From an uncultured delta proteobacterium (GTDB lineage Bacteria > Desulfobacterota > RBG-13-43-22), in assembly GCA_963743305.1 (NCBI GenBank), contig CAVUPH010000042.1, positions 74,664 through 138,663 on the forward strand: a stretch of 64,000 nucleotides of DNA, in the 5' to 3' direction. Under the pieces are notes generated by a model that ran no database searches, was not told where the DNA came from, and was given only the letters and a program-made list of their open reading frames with translations. Both the position numbers and the translations under genes were made by a program. Shown in pieces: positions 38,689 to 46,919 of this stretch (the first letter of the stretch is position 1; every line of letters begins with the position of its first letter).

Positions 38689-39648
38689 TTAGAAGATGGT
38701 CTTGGTCAAACGCTGCCATTCGTTATCCAGATTTTTCATGAAGCGTCTGAATTGAGTGGACCAGCCGAACTGACAGCCTCGGCAGAGGAAGCCGTCTTTT
38801 TTCCCCCAACCGGCGCCGTATAAATAATCGAGCACCTTTTGGGCCTGAGGACCGTTCCAAACTTCTATCAAGGATTTCTCCCGTACGTTGCCCAAAGAAG
38901 TTCTGCGACCCATATCTTCGCAGCACAGGACCACCTGGCCGTCGAAAGAAACGACCATGTCTCTCAGGGGTTCACCCTTTTTGCAGCCTTTCAGCCAGGG
39001 ACCGGGATATTTGAGCGAAAGGCCTTCGGTGGCGGGGACCAGATTGGCCCGGGAATTGGGTATGCCTATGGCCACCGGCACCCCCTGAGTACGCCAATAT
39101 TTCCTGACTTTATAGGCCTCTCCCCGGGGCCAATGAAAGGCATAGGCGCGGATATTCACTTTAGCGTATTTGCGGGTTAGATATTGGATGTTGGCCAGGG
39201 TTTTTTCATAAGGCAGCCCCATAATATTTTCATAAACGGATTTGGTAATTCCGTGAAAGCTGATGTAGATCGGTCCGTCAAAACCGCTCTCCAGAAGACG
39301 ATCGGTCTTTTCCGGGGTCAGCAGGGCGGCATTGGTTTGCAGGATCATGGTCAGCCCGGCCTTCCGGACATAAGACAGTTTTTCAAAGATCCGGGGATCG
39401 ATCAGGGCTTCCCCCATATTGCAGAAAATGACGTGCCCGCGGACCGGATGATGGGCCTTAATGTCGGCAAACTCGTCGATCAGGCGGTGGAAAAGGCCAT
39501 CCTCCATCCAGCCCATGGGTATTTGGTCTTTAACCCGGGGATAAGGACAGATGCGGCAACGGGCATTGCAATAGGAATGAATGTCGATGATTAGATTCTG
39601 GGGATAAGCGGTGCGCTCCGTCCTCCAATTAAGAAATGATTCGGGCAT
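38689..39648 (-). CDS. radical SAM / SPASM-domain protein
   Basis: CNARCRIC (CxxxCxxC) and a C-terminal SPASM pattern: CKKGEPLRDMVVSFDGQVVLCCEDMGRRTSLGNVREKSLIEVWNG ... CRGCQFG. The preferred start is the ATG at 39648. The track ORF extends to 39795. Confidence 0.85.
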   Translation of the reverse strand: MPESFLNWRTERTAYPQNLIIDIHSYCNARCRICPYPRVKDQIPMGWMEDGLFHRLIDEFADIKAHHPVRGHVIFCNMGEALIDPRIFEKLSYVRKAGLTMILQTNAALLTPEKTDRLLESGFDGPIYISFHGITKSVYENIMGLPYEKTLANIQYLTRKYAKVNIRAYAFHWPRGEAYKVRKYWRTQGVPVAIGIPNSRANLVPATEGLSLKYPGPWLKGCKKGEPLRDMVVSFDGQVVLCCEDMGRRTSLGNVREKSLIEVWNGPQAQKVLDYLYGAGWGKKDGFLCRGCQFGWSTQFRRFMKNLDNEWQRLTKTIF

Positions 39649-39776
39649 GATCAATTTTTCTTTCCTGCCGCCGGCCGGCCGCCGTAGGGTGACCGCATTT
39701 TCTCCTGGAAGCAGGAAAGGCCGGCACCGCGGCCTTGGAAACAAGGCCCGCTGGAGATTAACGACTGTGAGGTTAG

Positions 39777-39822
39777 GTCCCTCCCGGTCCGCCATTCAAG
39801 GCACTAGCGGGCCGGGAGGGAC
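39777..39822 (-). terminator. hairpin immediately downstream of the catalase stop (11-bp stem, no T-tract)
   Basis: GTCCCTCCCGG (39777-39787) pairs with CCGGGAGGGAC (39812-39822). Confidence 0.35.
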
Positions 39823-39831
39823 TGAGGGGGA

Positions 39832-41290
39832 TCAGCCGGCGTTCACGCCTTTGGCGATGCGGTCGCCGATCTCCTTGTCGATGTTGCGCCAGTATTCGAA
39901 CGCACGCTGCAGCACGGGCTCGGACACGCCTTTCTTGAGGTGTCCGACGACGTTGGACACCAGCCGGTCGCGCTGCCCGTCGTCCATGACCTTACGCACC
40001 AAGGTGCCGGGCTGGCCGAAGTCGTCGTCGTCCTTGCGCAAGGTGTAGGCGGCGCGGATGAACTCGCCGCTGGCCTCCCAGATCGCTGCCTCGGGATAGC
40101 GCTTGACCGTCAGCCTGCGGGCCGCCCTTCGAGTTCGGTGCGTACACGGGGTCGGACACGTTCTGGACCCGCATCGCCCCGTCCTTGCTGTAGCTGTGCA
40201 CCGGCGCCTTTGGCCGGTTGACCGGGATCTGCTTGTAGTTGACCCCCAGGCGGTGCACGATGGGCGTCGGCGTAGGCGAAGAGGCGGGCGAGCAACATCT
40301 TGTCCGGGCTGACACCGATCCCCGGCACGAGGTTGTTCGGTTCGAACGCCGCCTGCTCGATCTCGGTGTGGAAGTCGGTCGGGTTGCGGTCCAGCGTCAG
40401 CCGGCCGACCTCGTGCAGCGGGTAGTCGCCGTGCGGCCAGACCTTGGTCAGGTCGAAGGGGTTGAACCGGTAGGTCTCGGCTTCCTCGAAGGGCATGATC
40501 TGCACCTTCAGCGTCCAGCTGGGGTAATCACCCCGCTTGATCGCCTCGAACAGGTCGCGCCGATGGTAGTCGGCGTCAACACCGGCGATCCGGTCGGCCT
40601 CCTCCTGGGTGAGGAAGTCGATGCCCTGGTCGGTCTTGAAGTGGTACTTCACCCAGAAGCGCTCGCCCTTGGCATTGACCCACATGTAGGTGTGGCTCGA
40701 GTAGCCGTTCATGTGCCGCCAGGTCTTCGGGATCCCGCGGTCACCCATCAGCCACGGTGACCTGGTGGGCCGACTCGGGCGACAGGGTCCAGAAGTCCCA
40801 CTGCATGTCGTTATCGCGCAGGCCGTTGTCCGCACGGCGCTTCTGGGAGCGGATGAAGTGCTGGAACTTCATGGGGTCACGTACGAAGAACACCGGCGTG
40901 TTGTTCCCCACCATGTCGTAGTTGCCTTCGCTGGTGTAGAACTTCAAGCGCGAAGCCACGCGGGTCACGCCAGGTGTCGGGGCTGCCGCGCTCTCCGGCC
41001 ACCGTGGAGAACCGGATCAACGTGTCCGTCTTCGTGCCCGGCTGGAACACCGCAGCCTTGGTGTAGGCGCTGACATCCTTGGTCACCTCGAAGTGACCGA
41101 AGGCCCCGGAACCCTTGGCGTGGGGCTGGCGCTCCGGAATCCGCTCCCGGTTGAAGTTGGCCATCTGCTCGATGAGGTAGTGGTCCTGCAGCAGGATGGG
41201 TCCATCGGGCCCCACGGTGAGCGAGTACTCGTCGCTGGATACGGGGATCCCGGCATCGGTTGTCGTGGGTTTGCGGTCGTCATTTTTCAT
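39832..41290 (-). pseudogene. monofunctional haem catalase, full length but broken by four 1-nt frameshifts
   Basis: Five frames join: ...[23 protein letters not shown]...DPRGFAL / [24 protein letters not shown]...SAHQVT / [25 protein letters not shown]...FAYADAHR / [29 protein letters not shown]...GGPQAD / VKRYPEAAIWEASGEF...LRKDDDDFGQPGTLV. Shifts lie near 40948, 40755, 40262 and 40095. AAAGGAG SD lies before the ATG at 41290. Confidence 0.85.
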
Positions 41291-41586
41291 GGGTAGATCT
41301 CCTTTCTGTGGTGGTGGACGACAAGGATCACGCCGGCCATTCCAGTCAGCAAAAGTCGACTCGGAATTCGACCGAGCGGTTGCCTTAAAGGGATTGAATT
41401 CAGGTACCTCAATTATACACAATTTTGAGAATAAGAAATAGAGGGATTTTGGCCCCCTTTGGGAGATGAGTAGGTGAAGGGAGGACAGGATTTTCGTCTG
41501 AATTCTTCCGGGTTGACCGAAATATCACCAACATGACTTCGGTACTCCTGAACCTGGAAACCCCGGACCGGCGAACGGGAAACCGC

Positions 41587-42849
41587 CTAAGACTCCGCCG
41601 CCTCCAGGTCCACGGTCCCGAACTGATTGGCCCAGGTCACCGAAGCCTGGAAGGCCTCCTTGACGGGACCTTCCTCCAAGCCCAGTTGCCGGACCAGGGC
41701 GGCGGCCTCCGCCCAGCGTCCGTCCTCCAGCATCTCCGCCAGCAGGAGGAGCGGAAGGTATTCATTATTGGCCTCCCGCTTGAGGGCCGACTTCAACTTG
41801 TCTTCGAGGGGCAGGTACTGGAGGGTCTCCGCCATGGGCAGCCCCAGCATGGCGTCGAGGAGCGAGAAGAGCCCGAGTAATTGGAGACTGTCCGGATCAA
41901 AACCCCAATAGTCAAAGGCCATTCCAAGGCGTTCCAGAAACCGCCCCCGCTGGGCGGAGAGGTAGACCAACTCCGGTGAATTCAGGCCGTGGGCCAGGTC
42001 ATTGATCAAGGCCACGCGCAGCCAGTTCCGGGTTTTCTGCCAGCCCAAAAGGGTGATCGCCTGCCGGATCGATTTAATCTTTTGCCGAAAACCGAAGGCG
42101 GCCGAATTGAGCAGGGCCAACAGCCGGAAGCTGATCGAGGCGTCGGACTGGATGACCTCGGCCACTTTGAGGAAGTCGGGGTCTTTCTGCTCGATGAGTT
42201 GAAAGAGGCGCAGCCGGGCGATCTCGTTCGAGCTGATCCGCCGGACGGGAACATCCTCCGGCGACTTGAAGTAGCTCCCCTGAAACAGATCGAAACCGAG
42301 GGTGGCGCAGGCGCCCAGACAAGCTCGGTCCGCCACTCCGCTGGCCAACAATTTTACCGGAAAGTTCCGGCCGGCCTTGACCAGCCGGGTCAGGCCGGCC
42401 GGCTCCAGTGAGACCGCAATGTCCAAAACATCGCCCATTCGATACAGCGGCTCCAATTCGGCGGCGCCCGAAAATTCCCCCACCATCAACAGGTATCCCT
42501 CGGTTTTGAGTTGCGTCAGGGTTTCCATCAGGTCCGGATGGACGGCGATCCGCTCCGGGACTTTCAAGGCCGCGAGTGAGGGTTGAAGCGTATAAGGGAG
42601 ATTCGAAAGCAACGTCCGATCATTGATCCCGACCACGATCCGTTTTCCCCTTTCCGAGACCTGTTGCAAGCCCACATAGGAGCCGGAGGCCATGGAGGAA
42701 AGCGACGGCTCCCCGGCCGGCGGAGAGGGGCTCAAGCCGCCCCGATTGGAAACACAAAAAATTTCATAGCCCCAGAGGGCCTGTCGGGCATCAAAAATCG
42801 GGTGCCGGGCCAGTGCCCAGTCACCGGAGGGAAAATCGTTTTGATCCAT
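41587..42849 (-). CDS. EAL-like + HDOD domain signalling protein (COG3434-type architecture)
   Basis: N-terminus: HPIFDARQALWGYEIF, GFDLFQGSYFKSPE. HDOD region: DPDFLKVAEVIQSDASISFRLLALLNSAAFGFRQKIKSIRQAITLLG. Confidence 0.8.
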   Translation of the reverse strand: MDQNDFPSGDWALARHPIFDARQALWGYEIFCVSNRGGLSPSPPAGEPSLSSMASGSYVGLQQVSERGKRIVVGINDRTLLSNLPYTLQPSLAALKVPERIAVHPDLMETLTQLKTEGYLLMVGEFSGAAELEPLYRMGDVLDIAVSLEPAGLTRLVKAGRNFPVKLLASGVADRACLGACATLGFDLFQGSYFKSPEDVPVRRISSNEIARLRLFQLIEQKDPDFLKVAEVIQSDASISFRLLALLNSAAFGFRQKIKSIRQAITLLGWQKTRNWLRVALINDLAHGLNSPELVYLSAQRGRFLERLGMAFDYWGFDPDSLQLLGLFSLLDAMLGLPMAETLQYLPLEDKLKSALKREANNEYLPLLLLAEMLEDGRWAEAAALVRQLGLEEGPVKEAFQASVTWANQFGTVDLEAAES

Positions 42850-42924
42850 ATTCCTATTCCTTAAAGGCCTATCAAAAAAATTTTTATATTAGATTCTTAC
42901 ATCCATTGCTCTGAGAATTTGTCT

Positions 42925-45384
42925 CTAACAATGGATGTAAGAATCTAATTCCAGGGGGGTCACGTTCCAAATTTCGTCGGCGTATTCCAGGATGGAGCGG
43001 TCGCTGGAGAAGAAGCCGGTCCGGGCCGTATTCAGGATCGAACGGCGGGCCCATTCCTCGTGGTCGGCATACACCGCTCCCACCCTTTCCTGGGCTTCCA
43101 GGTAAGCGCGGAAGTCGGCCAGGACCAGAAAATAGTCTCCCTGGTCCAGGAGGGCCTGCACCAAGGGCTGGAACAGCCGGGGCTCTTCGGGTGAGAAAAA
43201 ACCCTCCCGGATAAGATCCAGCGTTCCCCGCAGTTCCGGGTCCGCCTCGTACAGCGCCCGGGGAGCATAGCCTCCGGAACGGAGGAGGACGACTTCTTCG
43301 GCGTTCAATCCGAAAATAAAAATGTTGTCTCGTCCGACTTCCTCCATGATCTCGATGTTGGCGCCGTCCAGTGTGCCGATGGTTAAGGCCCCGTTGAGCG
43401 CAAACTTCATGTTGCCCGTCCCGGAAGCCTCCATACCGGCCGTGGAAATTTGTTCGGAGAGATCGGCCGCCGGGATCACCTTCTCCGCCTGGGAGATGCA
43501 GTAGTTCGGCAGGAAGATGACCCGCAGCCGCCCCCGGATATCCGGATCGTTGTTGACCACCCCGGCCACGGCGTTGACCAGCTTAATGGAGAGTTTGGCC
43601 TGGGTGTAGGCGGGCGCGGCTTTGCCGCCGATAAAGACGGTCCGGGCGGGGGCGACATAATCGGGATTTGATTTGATCCGCCGATAGAGCGCTACGGTGT
43701 GGAGGATATTGAGGAGCTGTCGTTTGTATTCGTGAATCCGTTTGACCTGCACATCGAAGAGGGTATCCGGATTCACCCCCAGGCCCATTTTGCGGAGCAC
43801 GTACCGGGCCAGGCGCTTCTTATTCTCCCGTTTGGTCTCCTTCCAGGATTTTCGGAATTCAAGATCTTCCGCCAGGGGTTCGAGCCGGCGCAACCGCTGC
43901 AGGTCATTCACCCATTCCGGACCGATGGCCGAGGTGATCAGCTTGGACAGGGCCGGATTGGCCTGAACCAGCCAACGCCGGGGCGTGACCCCGTTGGTCA
44001 CGTTGCGGAACCGGCCCGGGAAGATCCGGTCGAAGTCTCGAAAGAGCTGCTCCCGGAGGATCCGGGAATGCAGCTTGGCCACGCCGTTGACGGCGTGTCC
44101 CCCGACCACGGCCAGATGGGCCATGCGGATTCGCCGCACCGGCCCTTCCTGGATCAGCGAGACCCGGGCCGGCAACTCGTGGTCCCGGGGATAATCGTTT
44201 CGGACCTCTTCCAGAAAGCGCTCGTTGATTTCGTAGATGATCTCCAGGTGGCGGGGCAGCAGCCGCCCCAGGACCTCCACCGGCCAGGTCTCCAGAGCTT
44301 CGGGTAAGACCGTATGGTTGGTGTAGGCAAAAGTGCGGCGGGAAATGGACCAGGCGTCATCCCAGCCCAGCCCCTCTTCGTCCAGCAGTTGCCGCATCAA
44401 TTCGGGGATGGCGATGGTGGGATGGGTATCGTTCAATTGAATGGCCACGGCCTCCGGAAAGCCGGTCCATTCCCGGTGCTGTTTCTTGAACTTGCGGAGA
44501 ATGTCCTGAAGCGTGGCCGAGACGAAAAAATACTGCTGTTTCAGCCGCAGCTCGCGTCCCTGGGCCATTTCGTCGCTGGGATAGAGGACTTTGGAGATGT
44601 TCTCACTCAATACCTTGGCTTCGACGGCGCCCACATAGTCGCCCTGGTTAAACTCCTGGAGGTTGAATTCCCGGCTTGATTTCGCCACCCAGAGGCGCAT
44701 GTTGGTGACGTACTCCCCCCCGTAGCCCGGCACCAGGAAGTCGGAGGCCATGGCCAGTACCGACTCGGTCTCCACCCAGCGCCGGCGAGCCCGGCCTTGG
44801 GCATCGCGGTAAGACTCCGAGCGTCCGTAATAGTGAACGGGATACAGCACCTCCGGCCGCTGGATTTCCCAAGGGGTCCCTTCCCGCATCCAATTGTCGG
44901 ATTGCTCCTGCTGGTAGCCGTTGACGATATGCTGGAAGAAAATCCCGTAATCGTACCGGATTCCGTAGCCGTAGGCCGGGAGCTGCAAGGTGGCCATGGA
45001 ATCCAGAAAACAGGAGGCCAGTCTACCCAGGCCGCCGTTTCCCAGACCGGCGTCCCATTCCTCCTCCTCGATGTCTTCCAAATCATAACCCAGACTGTGC
45101 AGGGCCTCCTGGGCCTCTTCTTCCATTTGGAGACTGGTGAGGTAGTTGCGCAGGAACCGGCCGGGGAGGAACTCCAAGGACAGGTAGTACACCCGCTTGG
45201 CCAGCAGCTCGTAGCAGGCCCGCTGGGTCCTTAGCCAGCGCTCGACCAGGCGGTCCCGGACGGCGGAGCAGAGCCCGAGGAAAATCTGACGGCGGTCCGC
45301 CAGATCCGGATCATTGCCCTGGGTGAACTGGATATGCTTTTGAATATCTATCCGGATCCGGTTTTGGGCCAGCGAATCGCTCAT
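42925..45384 (-). CDS. glgP: glycogen/maltodextrin phosphorylase (GT35, long form)
   Basis: 819 aa. GNGGLGRLASCFLDS, TFAYTNHTVLPEALE and the PLP site EASGTGNMKFALNGALTIGTLDGANIE. Confidence 0.95.
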   Translation of the reverse strand: MSDSLAQNRIRIDIQKHIQFTQGNDPDLADRRQIFLGLCSAVRDRLVERWLRTQRACYELLAKRVYYLSLEFLPGRFLRNYLTSLQMEEEAQEALHSLGYDLEDIEEEEWDAGLGNGGLGRLASCFLDSMATLQLPAYGYGIRYDYGIFFQHIVNGYQQEQSDNWMREGTPWEIQRPEVLYPVHYYGRSESYRDAQGRARRRWVETESVLAMASDFLVPGYGGEYVTNMRLWVAKSSREFNLQEFNQGDYVGAVEAKVLSENISKVLYPSDEMAQGRELRLKQQYFFVSATLQDILRKFKKQHREWTGFPEAVAIQLNDTHPTIAIPELMRQLLDEEGLGWDDAWSISRRTFAYTNHTVLPEALETWPVEVLGRLLPRHLEIIYEINERFLEEVRNDYPRDHELPARVSLIQEGPVRRIRMAHLAVVGGHAVNGVAKLHSRILREQLFRDFDRIFPGRFRNVTNGVTPRRWLVQANPALSKLITSAIGPEWVNDLQRLRRLEPLAEDLEFRKSWKETKRENKKRLARYVLRKMGLGVNPDTLFDVQVKRIHEYKRQLLNILHTVALYRRIKSNPDYVAPARTVFIGGKAAPAYTQAKLSIKLVNAVAGVVNNDPDIRGRLRVIFLPNYCISQAEKVIPAADLSEQISTAGMEASGTGNMKFALNGALTIGTLDGANIEIMEEVGRDNIFIFGLNAEEVVLLRSGGYAPRALYEADPELRGTLDLIREGFFSPEEPRLFQPLVQALLDQGDYFLVLADFRAYLEAQERVGAVYADHEEWARRSILNTARTGFFSSDRSILEYADEIWNVTPLELDSYIHC

Positions 45385-45519
45385 GGGGGTCCCTCCATTT
45401 TCATTAGCGGCCTCGGATGGTTAAAGAGATGGATAAATATAACAGATTCGTATAAGAATAAGAACAGCTATATTAAACTCAGATTTGGTCCCAGCGAGGC
45501 AACGCGCGAAAGGTGTCCG

Positions 45520-45678
45520 ATGAAATTCTGTTCATTCCGGTGCCCCCAGGCCGATAACGAAAAAGCCCAGCACGCCGGCTGTCTGGCGGTGAACGGTGTT
45601 TTTTGCAGGGTACTGCGGCGGGTGGTTGAAAAGGGGTCGCTCTGCCCGGCCGAAGGCCGTCGGGCTGCTAAGAAATAG
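45520..45678 (+). CDS. possible small Cys-rich protein (52 aa)
   Basis: MKFCSFRCPQADNEKAQHAGCLAVNGVFCRVLRRVVEKGSLCPAEGRRAAKK. It has five Cys, and GAAAGG lies upstream. Taken from the internal ATG of track ORF 45334..45678. Confidence 0.35.
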   Translation: MKFCSFRCPQADNEKAQHAGCLAVNGVFCRVLRRVVEKGSLCPAEGRRAAKK

Positions 45679-45761
45679 AAAAAAGAGAGATGAATTTCTT
45701 ACGGTTGAAAACCATCAGGGATGACCCAGCCAAAGAAATTCGGTTTCAATCATTCCCGAAC

Positions 45762-46688
45762 TTATCCGAAACAGCGACTGTAGCGTTCGTTGAATTCTTC
45801 GGGACTGAACCGGTAATCTTGAGTGCCGTAGCACTCGACCGCGAAGGAAGCGCAGACGCTGCCCCAGCGGGCGGATTGCTCGAGGTCTCGGCCTTGAACC
45901 AGGCCGCTGATCAACCCGCCCCGATAGGAATCGCCGGCGCCGGTGGGGTCCTCCACCTTCCGGGGAGGAACCGCCGGGATATGCAGGCTGCCTTCCCCGG
46001 TGGCGATTCTTGAACCGTGCTCTCCCAAGGTGGTAATAATAACCCGGGCTTTTTTCAGCAGCGCGTCCTGGTCCAACCCCGTCTTGGCCATGATCAAATC
46101 CAGTTCATAGTCATTGGAAATCAGCATTCGGCAACCGTCTAGGGCCTGGACCAACGCCTCGGCCTCCAACATCGGCAAGGATTGCCCGGGATCAAAGATG
46201 TAGTCGATCCCCAAGGCCTGGCAGCGGCTCGGATAATGCATCATGTCCTCTAAATTGCCGGGAGAGATGATCATCATCGTCTTTTCCGCTTTGAATCGTT
46301 CGAAATCGAGCGCGGAAGAATATTTCATGGCCCCGGGATTGAACCCGGTAATCTGGTTGTCGGCCCGGTCGGTGGTGATGTAGGCGCCGGCCGTGAATTC
46401 CTCCTCGATGATTTTGGTGTATTCGGTGGAAAGTCCGATTTTCCCCAGCCATTCAAAGTAGCGGTTAAAATCATGGCCGATGGCCGCGGAGATGATGGGC
46501 TTTTCGCCCATCAGGGTGAGGGCATAGGCAATATTCCCGGCCGTGCCGCCGAATTTTTCCTTCAGTCCGTTCACCTGGAAGCAGACGTTCAAAATATGAA
46601 TTTTTTCGGGAAGGATATGCTCCGCAAAGTATCCCGGAAAATCCATAATCCTGTCGTAAGCCAGTGACCCGGCAACAATAATATTCAT
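45762..46688 (-). CDS. PfkB-family carbohydrate/nucleoside kinase
   Basis: NIIVAGSLAYDRIM...FGGTAGNIAYAL at the N-terminus and DPTGAGDSYRGGL near the C-terminus. GGAGAGGA SD lies before the ATG at 46688. Confidence 0.9.
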   Translation of the reverse strand: MNIIVAGSLAYDRIMDFPGYFAEHILPEKIHILNVCFQVNGLKEKFGGTAGNIAYALTLMGEKPIISAAIGHDFNRYFEWLGKIGLSTEYTKIIEEEFTAGAYITTDRADNQITGFNPGAMKYSSALDFERFKAEKTMMIISPGNLEDMMHYPSRCQALGIDYIFDPGQSLPMLEAEALVQALDGCRMLISNDYELDLIMAKTGLDQDALLKKARVIITTLGEHGSRIATGEGSLHIPAVPPRKVEDPTGAGDSYRGGLISGLVQGRDLEQSARWGSVCASFAVECYGTQDYRFSPEEFNERYSRCFG

Positions 46689-46919
46689 TTCCCCGATCCT
46701 CTCCAATGATAATCTTGAAAGGGGAGGCTAAAGCCTGCCCCTACCCCGGCAAGGGTCTTTCAAGGGGTTAAATTCTTATAATAAATCAGGTTTAAATGTC
46801 AAGCAGGAAAAAGGGGCAGCCCGTAGTCGTAAGGGGGAACTCCCCTGAATCCACCACTTGAAGAAAGCCTTTTCTCATGGTACAAAAGATAAACGACCGC
46901 ACCGAAATGGAGGTCTGGC

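Noticed and set aside
39649-39795. 49-codon N-terminal extension of the radical SAM ORF, or a separate precursor peptide
   Set aside because: It is Arg/Pro-rich and overlaps the catalase-terminator hairpin. It has no SD, is continuous with the enzyme frame and has no independent stop, so there is no distinct peptide gene.
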